A stretch of 64,000 bases of DNA from an uncultured delta proteobacterium (lineage in GTDB: Bacteria > Desulfobacterota > Binatia > DP-6). The translations under genes were made by a program, and so were the position numbers. The stretch lies in the NCBI GenBank assembly GCA_963815115.1, contig CAWFFN010000009.1, positions 352,001-416,000 on the forward strand, written 5' to 3'. How positions within the stretch are numbered: the stretch's first letter is position 1; each line of letters starts with the position of its first letter. Below, in pieces: positions 9,802 to 19,983 of the stretch. The notes under the pieces are model-generated. The model was not told where the DNA came from, made no database searches, and saw only the letters and a list, made by a program, of their open reading frames with translations.

Positions 9802-10311
9802 ATGAAACGAATTTCAAGCCTTATGCTCATGGCGGCTGCCATGATGTTCCTCGGCCTGCGGCCAACCGGCGCCGCAGCGGATGAACCAATCGTTGGCCTT
9901 TGGCAGGTAACCTGGAAGGACGCCGTCACCCAAGCGGTGGTTCTCAATGTCTGGGACGTCTGGCATGCGGACCGGACAGAGACCCAGAACGACACCACTC
10001 CGATACTGATCGGAAACGTCTGCCAGGGTGCGTGGATTCCGCTTGGGAAGCGAACCTACGGCCTGACTCACCCGGCTTTCAACTTTCTGAGCGCGCCTGA
10101 GGATCAAGAGGGTCAACCCGATTCCAGCAACAGCGCCCTGGTACTGGAACGAGTGACGGTTTCGAAGGATGGGAACACCCTTCAGGGCCTGGGGATCTAT
10201 AAGACGATCGCGGGCATGGATCCCCTGGACCCTCACGCGGCCGTGCTGAGTTCTGAGAATATCACCATCACCGGGAAGCGGGTCCAGGTCGACCAGACTC
10301 AACTTCCCTAG
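9802..10311 (+). CDS. Secreted beta-barrel (lipocalin-like) hypothetical protein
   Basis: Signal peptide, PIVGLW motif, strong RBS aaaggag. Confidence 0.8.
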   Translation: MKRISSLMLMAAAMMFLGLRPTGAAADEPIVGLWQVTWKDAVTQAVVLNVWDVWHADRTETQNDTTPILIGNVCQGAWIPLGKRTYGLTHPAFNFLSAPEDQEGQPDSSNSALVLERVTVSKDGNTLQGLGIYKTIAGMDPLDPHAAVLSSENITITGKRVQVDQTQLP

Positions 10312-10426
10312 TCTGTGAGGGGGGAACATCAGATGCATGTTCCCTGTCAGTGTCAATCTCGGGGGCTCGGCGGCCCACCCGGGCATCCGAACACCACCAA
10401 CGACGAACCGAAGGGAGAACCCGCGC

Positions 10427-11389
10427 ATGTTGTATAGTCTGATGACCCGCGTCCCCTGCATCAGCCGCCTCGTTCTCGCTGTCGTCGCGCTTGTTGCCGT
10501 AGGAGCGGCACCAGCCGGGGCCGACTGCACCCGCGCGAAACTGAAGGCCATCGGCAAGAAGGAATCGGGTCTCCTCGCCTGCCAGGCGAAGGTCGCAGCG
10601 AGCGGCGACTCCTCCGGCCTCTCGGCTTGCGAATCGAAGGTGATGGCCAAGTTTAGCCACGCGTTCGGGAATGCCGGCACCTGCATGGGCGACCAGACGG
10701 CGTGTGAGAGCATCGCAGACGGCTGCGAGTCGTCGGTTGCCGGGGCTTTCATCGACACCTTCCCGAGCGACTGCGAGGTCCGGAAGCGGAAGGCGGCGGG
10801 AAAGCTCGCGAAGGGCGAACTCGGGTGCTACGCGAAGGCCGCAACGAAGGGACTGCCGGTGGATAGCGTGGTCTGCATCCCGAAGTCCACGATGAAGTTC
10901 TCGGTGGCGCTAACCAAGGCGGGGACGTGCCCGGACGGCGGCTCGCCCCAGAGTTTCGTCGAGAGCCACTGCGTCACCCCAGCCGTCACAACCGACGGTG
11001 GCGGCGTCGTGACCGATGTATGTCCGACTACCACGACCACGACCACGCTGCCCCCGCAGCCGTGCACCTCCGTCGTGGGCGGCTTCTGCTGGTACCTGGG
11101 TGCGTTTGATGCGGACTGTGACGCTACCTGTGCGGCGGAGGGACGGGTGTACGACGCCGCGACAGCTACGTATGCGGGCAGTTCGGGAACCAACGCGAAC
11201 TGCGAGGCTGTTCTCACTGCTTTGGGTCACCCGGGATCGGTCGCTGACGGATCGCTGAGCGTTGGCGGCGGTTTCGGCTGTTCTTGGATCTGCCCTAGAG
11301 GCTGCGGGGTAGGATTCCGCGACATCGGTGAGACGACCACATCTGGAGCCTCCGCCGCGCTATTCCAGCGGGCTTGTGCGTGCATGTAG
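10427..11389 (+). CDS. Secreted Cys-rich protein with poly-Thr linker
   Basis: Signal peptide, repeated Cys-helical units, TTTTTT linker, C-terminal Cys domain ending RACACM. Confidence 0.8.
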   Translation: MLYSLMTRVPCISRLVLAVVALVAVGAAPAGADCTRAKLKAIGKKESGLLACQAKVAASGDSSGLSACESKVMAKFSHAFGNAGTCMGDQTACESIADGCESSVAGAFIDTFPSDCEVRKRKAAGKLAKGELGCYAKAATKGLPVDSVVCIPKSTMKFSVALTKAGTCPDGGSPQSFVESHCVTPAVTTDGGGVVTDVCPTTTTTTTLPPQPCTSVVGGFCWYLGAFDADCDATCAAEGRVYDAATATYAGSSGTNANCEAVLTALGHPGSVADGSLSVGGGFGCSWICPRGCGVGFRDIGETTTSGASAALFQRACACM

Positions 11390-11526
11390 CCAAGGAAGAA
11401 CCCACAGCCCCAGGCGCTCCGAGTCTGCCCCTTCTCATTACAAGCTAACACAGTGAACCCCACCACAAGTGTTGCGACGTACCGCACCGCACCAAGGCCG
11501 CTCGAGACCGAAGGGAGGACCCGTTC

Positions 11527-11847
11527 ATGTTGTATAGTCTGACGACCCGCATCGCCTTGGTGCTCGCCCTGGCGGTGACGGGGGCACGGCCCGCCGGCGC
11601 CGCCGACCAGACCATCCTCGGCCGCCGGCTCGTGGTGAAGAACCCCCTCGGGGAGGCGGACAGCACCGGCAAGCGGCAGTTTGTGGTCAAGGCGAGGGAG
11701 ATCGGGAGCCCCGACACCATCGTGGGTGACCCTACCGCCGCCGGCGCCAGCCTCTCGATCACGCTCAATGACGGCACGCAGCCGTGCACCGCTGGCCTGG
11801 GTGGCCACGCCGAGAAGGCGAAAGCGCCGAGAAGGACGCCACGATGA
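11527..11847 (+). CDS. Secreted protein, probably truncated
   Basis: Signal peptide; DQTILGRRLVVKNP resembles the N-terminal domain of the next gene. Confidence 0.6.
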   Translation: MLYSLTTRIALVLALAVTGARPAGAADQTILGRRLVVKNPLGEADSTGKRQFVVKAREIGSPDTIVGDPTAAGASLSITLNDGTQPCTAGLGGHAEKAKAPRRTPR

Positions 11848-13790
11848 CGCAGTACACGCGAGCCTTGGTCGTCCTGGTGTGGGTCGTGCTCGGGGCGAGC
11901 ACGCTCCGAGCGGCGGACGAAGTGATCCTCGGCACGCAGGTCCGGATCAAAGACCCGACGGGGGTCGAGGACCGGCGGCAGGTGAAGGTGGTCGGGAAGG
12001 AATCCCAGACCGCCTTGCCGACGCCCCTCGCGCAGCCGGGTGCGGGGGCCACGTTGACGGTGGTTACGCAGGGGACGACGCCCAGCGCGCAGGCGTTCGT
12101 GCTGACCGGCACCTGGGTGGCGGCGGGGTCCAGTGGCTGGAAGTACGTGGCGGGCGGCACCGCGCCGGTGAAGTTGCTCCTCCTCAATCGGACGGCGAAC
12201 GGGACGGCGCAGCTGAAGGTGCTGCTCAAGGGGAATGTGGGCACCGACCCGCTGACCCTTGTGCCGCCGAACCTAGGCACGGAGGCCGGCATCATTCTCG
12301 ATGACGGCAACGGGACGCGGTATTGCCTGCGCCTCGGTGGCGCGGCGGGCGGGGTCGTGAAGAAGAACGACGCGACGCAGTTCTTCCTCGGGGTGCGTGC
12401 GACTGCCCCGGCAATCGAGGCGGGGTGCCCGACGACCACGACGACCAGCACGACGTTGCCGAGCACGACGACCACGACGACCACGACGTTCACGAGCACG
12501 ACGACGTTGGGGTCTCAATGTGGTCAATATCCGACGTGCGCTGACAGCTGTCCCACCGGTCAAGCCTGCGGGGTGTTCTGTGGGTTCAGAGGGTGCGGTT
12601 GTTTCTGCGTCCCGTCCGACGAATGTGCGGGTTCGGCACCAACCTGTGGCGGGTCGTGCCCCAGCGGCCAGGTCTGTAGCCCACTGAACGGCGTGAACGC
12701 CTGTGAGTGCGGATACACCTGCGATTCTTCCGAGGCGCCGACGTGTGGCGGAACGTGCCCCCCGGGGCAGGTGTGCGGGCAGGGAACGGGCACCACCGCC
12801 TGCACGTGCGTCACGCCCGACAACACCTGCGGCATTTCCCAGGGACCCACGTGCGGCGGGACGTGCCCCAGCGATGGGGCCTGCCGTCCGAGTTCGGGTG
12901 GAAACTCCTGCGAGTGCGTGTGCGGCTCGCCGCCGCTTTGCCCCTTCGTCACCAAGTGGGGCAGTACGGGTAGCGGGCACGGGCAGTTCAACGTCCCCTT
13001 GGGCGTCGCCGTGGATGCGAGCGGGCACGTCTTCGTCGCCGACGCACATAACGACCGCATCCAGAAGTTCCGGAGCGATGGGACCTTCGTCACCCAGTGG
13101 GGCAGCAACGGCAGCGGGGACGGGCAGTTCAGCTTCCCTGTTGGCGTCGCCGTGGATGGGAGCGGCAACGTCTACGTCGCCGACACGAACAACGAGCGTA
13201 TCCAGAAATTCACGAACACCGGGACCTTCCTGACGAAGTGGGGCAGCGGCCCCGAGCCCGGGGGCGTCGCCGTGGATGCGAGCGGGAACGTCTTCGTCGC
13301 CGAATCCAACGGCTCGCGTATCGACAAGTTCACGAACACCGGGACCTTCCTGCTCACCTTCGGGACCGAAGGCTCGGGGGATGGGGAGTTCGCTAACCCC
13401 GTCGGCGTCGCTGTTGATGGGAGCGGGAACGTCTTCGTCGCCGACGGCAGCTTCTTCTTCCCCGGCAACAACCGCATTCAGAAGTTCACGAACGCCGGGT
13501 CCTTCTTGACCAAGTGGGGCAGCCCGGGCAGCGGAGACGGGCAGTTCGATCAGCCCCAAGGGATCGCCGTGGACGGGAGCGGGAACGTGTTCGTCACCGA
13601 GGGCTCCCACAACACCCGCATCCAGAAGTTCACGAACACCGGCACGTTTCTCGGGCAATGGGGTTGCAATGTCGCCGGCAGCGCGGATGGGTTGTTCAGC
13701 GACCCCCGCGGGCTTGCCGTGGATGGGAGCGGTAACGTCTACGTCGCCGACTCCCTAAACAGCCGCATCCAGAAGTTCGCGTGTCCATAA
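11844..13790 (+). CDS. Secreted protein with Cys-rich repeats and NHL-repeat beta-propeller
   Basis: PTCGGTCP repeats; six GVAVD.SGNV(F/Y)V...N.RIQKF repeats. Confidence 0.92.
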   Translation: MTQYTRALVVLVWVVLGASTLRAADEVILGTQVRIKDPTGVEDRRQVKVVGKESQTALPTPLAQPGAGATLTVVTQGTTPSAQAFVLTGTWVAAGSSGWKYVAGGTAPVKLLLLNRTANGTAQLKVLLKGNVGTDPLTLVPPNLGTEAGIILDDGNGTRYCLRLGGAAGGVVKKNDATQFFLGVRATAPAIEAGCPTTTTTSTTLPSTTTTTTTTFTSTTTLGSQCGQYPTCADSCPTGQACGVFCGFRGCGCFCVPSDECAGSAPTCGGSCPSGQVCSPLNGVNACECGYTCDSSEAPTCGGTCPPGQVCGQGTGTTACTCVTPDNTCGISQGPTCGGTCPSDGACRPSSGGNSCECVCGSPPLCPFVTKWGSTGSGHGQFNVPLGVAVDASGHVFVADAHNDRIQKFRSDGTFVTQWGSNGSGDGQFSFPVGVAVDGSGNVYVADTNNERIQKFTNTGTFLTKWGSGPEPGGVAVDASGNVFVAESNGSRIDKFTNTGTFLLTFGTEGSGDGEFANPVGVAVDGSGNVFVADGSFFFPGNNRIQKFTNAGSFLTKWGSPGSGDGQFDQPQGIAVDGSGNVFVTEGSHNTRIQKFTNTGTFLGQWGCNVAGSADGLFSDPRGLAVDGSGNVYVADSLNSRIQKFACP

Positions 13791-14037
13791 GACAGTTGCC
13801 TGACGCAGACCCAGCGTCGCTTACTGCGACCTGCCACTTGTGTCGTTCCTGTTTGGGCTCGGGAGCGCGGTCGGCATCACGTCGATCGCGGCGGGTCTGG
13901 CGTGAAGTGGCAGCGGATCGGACTGTCGCTTCTACCCGCGTGCGACGTGCCAGTCGCGCCGGTCGCACGGGCCGAGGAGGGTACGCGCCGACTCCTCGCG
14001 TAGGGCGGCGCGCGGCGCACGTTGCTGGGACTCGTAG

Positions 14038-14127
14038 CTGATAGGCACGACGAAGGGCCTTTTGCCGCGGAGGCTTACAGAACGCCCCATCCCGGACCTT
14101 CGCCGCATTTTCGCCCGCTCCGTAACA
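14038..14127. repeat. 90-bp module R, copy 2
   Basis: Identical to 680-769. Confidence 0.95.
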
Positions 14128-15600
14128 AGTTCCCACCGACCCCGGGGGTCGACCCGCGATGGAGGAAACTGGTACGGCGCCGCTGCCGGCACGAGGTCGA
14201 GCAATGTCTGGTGCGCGAAGCCCGCTAACAAGTTGGACCCGACGTCCCGTGCGCACCCGTGATTGTCGCCACGGACCGCGCGGTCCGCGAGCACGCTTGG
14301 TAGACTGCTGCCCCAGGGACGTCACGCCGGCAGAAGGGAGGACGTGACGATGGAGGTCATCCATGCCCAGTGCGCGGGGCTCGACGTACACAAGCAGACC
14401 GTGGTGGCCTGCGTGCGGATCACGGGCGCGGGGGGCGTGCGGCGCGAGGTGCGGACGTTTGCGACGACCGCCGCCGAGCTGCTGGCCTTGCAGGAGTGGC
14501 TGGTGGCCGCCGGCTGCACCCATGCCGTGCTGGAGTCGACGGGCGTCTACTGGAAACCCGTGTGGCACGTGCTCGAGGACCACCTGACCCTCGTGCTGGC
14601 CAACGCGACGGCGGTGCGCAATCTGCCCGGGCGCAAGAGCGACGTGAGCGACGCGCAGTGGCTCGCGGACGCTCGCCCATGGGCTGGTGCGCGGCAGCTT
14701 CGTGCCGCCCGCGCCGATTCAGGCGTTGCGCGAGCTGACGCGGACGCGCAAGCAGCTCGGGCGGGAGGTCACCGCCCACAGTCAGCGGATCGAGAAGGTG
14801 CTGGAGAGCGCGGACGTGAAGCTCGCCGCGGTGCTCCGCCCGCTGCTCGGCGTCAGCGGGCGGGCATCATCGCGGCCCTGGCGGCGGGCGAAACCGATCC
14901 CGAGCGCCTCGTGGCGTTAGCCCACCCGCGGCTGCGGCCGAAGCGGGCCGCGCTGCGGGCCGCGCTGCCCGGGCACGTCCGGCCGCATCATCGCGTCTTG
15001 CTGGGTCAGCACCTGCGGGTGGTCGAGACGCTGCGGGCGACGATCGCGGAGCTGGATGCCGCGATCGGGGCCGCCGTCGCCCCGTATCGCGCCGCCGTCG
15101 ACCACCTCGTGACGATGCCCGGCGTGAGCACGACGGCGGCGCAGATCCTGGTCGCGGAGATCGGCACGGACATGAGCCGCTTCCCCAGCGCGGGGCATCT
15201 CGTCTCCTGGGCGGGGCTGTGTCCGCGCCAGGACGCGAGTGCGGGCAAGCACCGCTCCACGCGCCTCCGCAAGGGGGCGCCGTGGCTCAAGCCCGTGCTC
15301 ATTCAGGGCGCGTGGGCAGCGGTGCGAGGCCGCGAGGGCTACCTGCGCACCCAGTTCCTGCGCCTCAAGCATCGCCGCGGTCCGATGAAGGCCATCGTCG
15401 CGGTGGCCGCCTCCATGCTCACCGCCGCCTATTACATGCTGCGCGACGACCAAGACTATCACGACCTCGGGGCCGCCCACTTCCAGCGCGGCGACCACAA
15501 CCACCTCGTCGCCGGACTCACCCGCCGCCTCCACCACCTCGGTTACGAGGTCACGCTCCGCCCCGCCGCTGACGCCGCGTACGAGCGAGTTACTTGGTAG
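14128..15600 (+). mobile_element. IS110-family element, copy 2; transposase (~14344-15572) carries small deletions
   Basis: Near-identical to copy 1, with indels near 14670, 14865 and 15570. Confidence 0.92.
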
Positions 15601-15690
15601 CTGATAGGCACGACGAAGGGCCTTTTGCCGCGGAGGCTTACAGAACGCCCCATCCCGGACCTTCGCCGCATTTTCGCCCGCTCCGTAACA
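15601..15690. repeat. 90-bp module R, copy 3, directly after the IS110 right end
   Basis: ttacttggtag|ctgataggca...ctccgtaaca|gggagg. Confidence 0.95.
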
Positions 15691-15692
15691 GG

Positions 15693-15893
15693 GAGGACTG
15701 GAATTACTGGCCGTTCATCGGCACGGGTCAGGGGATTCCGCTCGACCGCACGGATCCCACGATACCGTGGACTTCGAACGGGGAGCACGTCGACCAGCAG
15801 CATTCGACCGGTTTCGGGGGCGATGGCGACCCGATCGTGGTCACGCACACGTGGCACTGGCAGCTGACCCTGGAGCCCGACCCTGGGCAGTAG
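15693..15893 (+). pseudogene. 3' fragment of an unknown gene truncated at module R
   Basis: Coding-like codon usage (EDWNYWPFIGTG...HWQLTLEPDPGQ*), with no start after the repeat. Confidence 0.5.
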
Positions 15894-16083
15894 GGTGGCA
15901 CGTCAGCGACCCCGAGCCCAGCGAGTTCCGTCGCTGCCGTGGTAAACTCCCTCATGGAAGAGCAGCGAGGGGCCCGGGTGCCGACGAGCCGTATCTTTCG
16001 CGGCCGGGAGTCGCCTCACCCGGGACACGATTGATCGGGGACGACTCCGGAGGAGAGGATCGAAGCGGTCTGGGAGTAGCTGA

Positions 16084-16109
16084 GTGCGAAAGGGGGGACT
16101 TGAACCCCT
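16084..16109 (-). other. tRNA 3'-end remnant (Leu-like), candidate att site
   Basis: Reverse complement reads aggggttcaagtcccccctttcgcac: T-arm plus acceptor 3' strand only. Confidence 0.7.
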
Positions 16110-16210
16110 GATGGATCCCGTAACTCCGCAGACGTATTAAGGGCTTACCCGCCAGGAACCGCCATCTGGAGGCAGGAAACGTGCCTCTGAGGCACATTGT
16201 TCCTGGCATG

Positions 16211-17062
16211 CTAGCGCGGCTCTTGTGCGCGTGGTGAAACGTCGTTCGCCGAGACTGCACGCATCGCCTTCATGAGATCGTCGGCGGTCGCCCCGAGCCC
16301 GAAGGTTTCGGCCAGGAGAACGAGCAGGGCGAGCGGCATGCGGAACACGTACCACAGCTCCAGCTCGATGCTCGCGATGAGCGGAACCTGGAGCGCCGAA
16401 CCGTGAACAAGGTCATGGCGGAAGCGATCGAAGCGGCGCAGCCGATCTGGGTCGTAGACCGTGCCGTCGGTGAACGCTGTCCAGCCCGACGGGGGTCGGC
16501 AGATCGCGAAGACGAGGGCGAACTTGGTCATGAGCGATTCGTGGCTCAGCTGCTTGAGTTCCGCATCCATCAGACGTCTGAGGACATCGTCGGCGTTGGA
16601 CCCTCGTTGTTCGGCGAGGCGGATTCTGCGGTCCTTGAGACGCTCTGCCCATGCGTCCGGCGCGACCAGCGTGGTGATGCGGCAGCAGTCGAGGGCGGCA
16701 TCATCGATCACCGCGTGGGCGAACACGACTGTCGCCGCGTCGATCACGGCAGACGCGCTCTGGACCGTGTGGTTCACCATGGTGTGCGCGAACATGTCGA
16801 CGTCGGTCTTACTGATAGCGGAGGGGTCCTTCAGGATCCCCTCGTACCCAGGGTCGTTCTGAAGCTTGTCGAAGAGGTCCGCGTGCTCCTTGAGCAGGAG
16901 GTCGGGCCCCTGCGCCAGGCCGATCTTGCCCACCCGACGAAAGCAGGCGACGAGATTCCACCCTCTCGTCCACCGAGCCGTTGTCTGTGCGAAGAGGGCA
17001 GCCGCTTCCTCCCGTGGCGTCACGTTCAGACTCGCAGTCCCTAGTGTATCGCACGCCGCCAT
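16211..17062 (-). CDS. Putative HEPN-like protein
   Basis: VVFAHAVIDD and DRFRHDLVHG (RxxxxH). Start codon uncertain. Confidence 0.6.
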   Translation of the reverse strand: MAACDTLGTASLNVTPREEAAALFAQTTARWTRGWNLVACFRRVGKIGLAQGPDLLLKEHADLFDKLQNDPGYEGILKDPSAISKTDVDMFAHTMVNHTVQSASAVIDAATVVFAHAVIDDAALDCCRITTLVAPDAWAERLKDRRIRLAEQRGSNADDVLRRLMDAELKQLSHESLMTKFALVFAICRPPSGWTAFTDGTVYDPDRLRRFDRFRHDLVHGSALQVPLIASIELELWYVFRMPLALLVLLAETFGLGATADDLMKAMRAVSANDVSPRAQEPR

Positions 17063-17126
17063 GCATGGGCCATCTTGCCGTGGCGTGGGGCGGAGCAGTC
17101 GCGGGAGGGTGTTCGACCTCGGGCCA

Positions 17127-17258
17127 GCGTCGAGTACCCCGCGTATCGCGTGAGTGTACTGCGTAGCCCACGGGCCGTCGGCCGACCATTCGAGCTGACC
17201 GTACCCCGCCCCGTGGGGAGTCTCTGACGCTCCGGACGTAGTACCTGCCGTCTCGCTC
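17127..17258. repeat. ~130-bp structured direct repeat, copy 1
   Basis: Highly similar to 19984-20112. Confidence 0.9.
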
Positions 17259-17541
17259 CCGGCTGTCCCAAGCCGGAACTGGCGAGCCCCGATGGCCGAA
17301 GCCTTTGCCAAGACTCTCGCCCGCGTGGCCGAAGGTCGCGCCGCCAACGTGGCGCAGCTACACGCGCTCGCCACCCGGTTGGAGCAGCTCCCGCTGGAGG
17401 ACGCGGTCGACGCGCTCTTCCTTGAGCCCGTTCTGGCTGAGCTAGCATGGCAAGCGGCTCGGGTCTTGGAACGGGCTCCCACAGGAGCGCTGCCTCAATT
17501 CGACAAGAAACAACTTCGAGCTCCCCGAGATCGTAGGGCGA

Positions 17542-17994
17542 TCACACCTTCGCAGCGGCTATGCTCGCACCCAGGATCGAGTCGCGACGTAGCCACAGGA
17601 AAACGAAGATCAACATCGAGGGCAGCTCGTACAGATACGCCGTCCCGATGTGGTAGCTGAACGGCAGGTACTTGGCTCCGGGCTGGAGCGAAAATGATCC
17701 GTCGTTGACCCACGTGCCGATGAATCGAAAGCCGACGAGGATGGTGAAGATGACCGACCAGATGAGCAGGTTGATCTCAAGGTACCGCTCCGGATCCCTC
17801 CAGCCGTAGAAGGCGAGGATTCCCAGTCCCAGCTCCGTCACGAGGTACCACGCCCGGACCTCGACCTCGGCCGGCCAGTTGTCGATCCCGATGCCCGTCA
17901 GCGTTGCGATGATCTGCGGGAAGATCGCACATGCGACCCCGTAGCCCGCCCAGATGATACCCGTCGTCAGAACGAACCAGCGACTGAAGGACAT
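17542..17994 (-). CDS. Four-TM membrane protein (DUF4345-like)
   Basis: Hydrophobic helices, EVRAWY motif, RBS ggagg. Confidence 0.8.
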   Translation of the reverse strand: MSFSRWFVLTTGIIWAGYGVACAIFPQIIATLTGIGIDNWPAEVEVRAWYLVTELGLGILAFYGWRDPERYLEINLLIWSVIFTILVGFRFIGTWVNDGSFSLQPGAKYLPFSYHIGTAYLYELPSMLIFVFLWLRRDSILGASIAAAKV

Positions 17995-18030
17995 CGAACC
18001 TCCCGTTTCAAGTGGCTGGTCATGCCAGCG

Positions 18031-18867
18031 CTATGAGGCCCTCGGGTAGTAGAGCGCCATGTCGATCTCGCCCGCCGCGGCGTCCTCGAGCCATCGTCGG
18101 ATCCACGTCGGCTCGGGCGCGCCGTCCGCCTTGTGGCCGGGCAGCGCAGTGCCGAGAAGCCCGAGGGCCAGGGCCACGCGGCCCGTCGTGCCTCTGAACA
18201 TCCCGAGCAGATGATCGTGCGGGACGCTGTTCGCCGCGGCCGGCACGAGGCGGTTCATGCCGTCGACGGCGATGCGTCCCACCTCGCCGAGGTGCCTCGC
18301 CATCGCAGGGAAGCTCTTGATGCGGAACCAGTAGTCGCCGACGACGTCGTCGTAGACGTCCGAGGCGCAGCGTCGATGCTCGAACTCTTCCACTAGGTGC
18401 CAGAGCATGAAGCTCGCTATCCGCGGATCGCTGTCCCCGAACAGGTGGGCGACGTTGCGGACGGCGAAGATCGCGAACGGCGTGAACAGGTTCTCCAGCG
18501 ACGCCATGTACGAGAGGTTGAACTCGAGGCTCTCGTTCTCGAGGAGCGCGTCGTAAGATCTCATGATCTCCTGCTGCACCCCGTCGAGACCCGGATAGCG
18601 CTCGTTCAGCAGTTTCAGATGCGCTTGGTGTTGTCGGGCGTGCTGGCTCTCCTGCTGGCTGAACAGCCTCGCCTCGCGCCGGATCCTCTCGTCCCGGATG
18701 CGAGGCATCGCTTCGCCCACCGCGCGTACGAAGTAGCGTTCGAAGGCCGGACCGATGAACGTGATGGTGTTGAACAGATTCCCGCAGTAGGGATTGCCTC
18801 GGTTCCACTGGAAGGAAAGGTCGGGCTCGAACCGGAAGTTCAGCCTTCTCACCTCGATCTCTGCCAT
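18031..18867 (-). CDS. Predicted metal-dependent hydrolase (ferritin-like diiron)
   Basis: QQESQHARQH, LENLFT and WHLVEEFEHR motifs. Confidence 0.9.
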   Translation of the reverse strand: MAEIEVRRLNFRFEPDLSFQWNRGNPYCGNLFNTITFIGPAFERYFVRAVGEAMPRIRDERIRREARLFSQQESQHARQHQAHLKLLNERYPGLDGVQQEIMRSYDALLENESLEFNLSYMASLENLFTPFAIFAVRNVAHLFGDSDPRIASFMLWHLVEEFEHRRCASDVYDDVVGDYWFRIKSFPAMARHLGEVGRIAVDGMNRLVPAAANSVPHDHLLGMFRGTTGRVALALGLLGTALPGHKADGAPEPTWIRRWLEDAAAGEIDMALYYPRAS

Positions 18868-18933
18868 CGCAAGCTCCTGCTTCACACGTCCCAGAGGCAA
18901 TCGCCGACCGACGCGTCGACCCGTCGTCGGTAG

Positions 18934-18955
18934 TACAGTTGACTGTAAGGGTCAA
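18934..18955. promoter_or_regulatory. Candidate TetR operator in the divergent promoter
   Basis: Overlapping inverted repeats tacagt-tg-actgta and ttgac-N7-gtcaa. Confidence 0.55.
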
Positions 18956-18964
18956 GTACGCTGT

Positions 18965-19660
18965 ATGCCCTGCGTGGCTACGCCAGCTCGACATCCGACC
19001 CCATCGCCGGCCTCGCGACGCGAGCGGCGCGTGCATGAGGTGCATGATCGAATCCTGCGGGCCGCCATGCAGCGCTTCGCTGAGCACGGCATCGACTCGA
19101 CCAAGGTCGATGAGATCTGCGCCCTCGCGGACGTCGCGCAGAAGACGTTCTTCAACCACTTTCCGACGAAGCAGCACATCGTCCGCGAGATTGCCGCGGG
19201 CTTCTTACACGACCTCCTCGCGATCCTGGACGAAGCTCGCCGTGCCCCCGGCACGACGGCGCAACGCCTTGAGCGCTTCTTCACGCTGGTCGCGACGGGG
19301 GTCGAGCGCGCCGGCCCGATGCGCCGAGATTTCGTGATGGAGGTGATCCGCCTCGTGCACGGCGACCGGACCGACCTCGAGCAGAGCAGACGGCTCTACG
19401 CCGCGTTCGGTGCGATGCTACGCGACGGGGTGCGCGCGGGCGACGTCACCGGCGCATACCCGGTCGCGGTTCTCAGCGAGGTCGTCGTCGGCACCGTTAA
19501 CACGCTGATGCTCAACTGGCTCGGAATCGACGACTATCCCTTCCGCGCACGAGCGACCGCCATGGCGCGCTTCCTCGCCGATGCTCTTCGCGTGCGGAAG
19601 GGAAGCGTCGCTGCGGCCAGGGTCAAGAACCGCGAGGGAATGACGAAGGGATGCCGGTGA
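18965..19660 (+). CDS. TetR/AcrR family regulator
   Basis: ILRAAMQRFAEHG...TKVDEICALADVAQKTFFNHFPTK. Confidence 0.93.
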   Translation: MPCVATPARHPTPSPASRRERRVHEVHDRILRAAMQRFAEHGIDSTKVDEICALADVAQKTFFNHFPTKQHIVREIAAGFLHDLLAILDEARRAPGTTAQRLERFFTLVATGVERAGPMRRDFVMEVIRLVHGDRTDLEQSRRLYAAFGAMLRDGVRAGDVTGAYPVAVLSEVVVGTVNTLMLNWLGIDDYPFRARATAMARFLADALRVRKGSVAAARVKNREGMTKGCR

Positions 19661-19752
19661 GAGCTAGGGTCGACGCGCTGGCGTAGACGGTTGCCTTCGC
19701 CCGCGCCCAACAGCGATCAGACGGGGGCGCGGCCGTCGACGAGAGTGAGCTC

Positions 19753-19980
19753 GGCACCATCTACCTCGCGAAGTCGGGCGGTTCTACAAGATCGGCAGGT
19801 CTGGTGCCGTAGGACGCCGCGAGTATGAGCTGGCGATCCAGGTTCCCGAGCGGCTCAAGATGGTGCACGTGATCGGGACGGACGAGCCGAACGGGATCGA
19901 AGGGTACTGGCACAGGCGCTTCGAGGCGAAGCGAAGAACAGCGAGTGGTTCGATCTGGACGCAGCCGACGTCGCGCTGGG
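19753..19980 (+). pseudogene. GIY-YIG/T5orf172 domain fragment (not in the ORF track)
   Basis: Manual translation across two frameshifts: IYLAKSG..YKIGRS...RREYEL...VHVIGTD...IEGYWHRRFEAKR..EWFDL. Confidence 0.7.
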
Positions 19981-19983
19981 TGG

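Noticed and set aside
12950-13780. DNA repeat array or DGR template/variable repeats
   Set aside because: These are in-frame NHL protein repeats; there is no reverse transcriptase and no adenine-specific variation.
16084-16109. Complete tRNA gene
   Set aside because: Only the T-arm and 3' acceptor strand are present; the same applies to 36439-36462.
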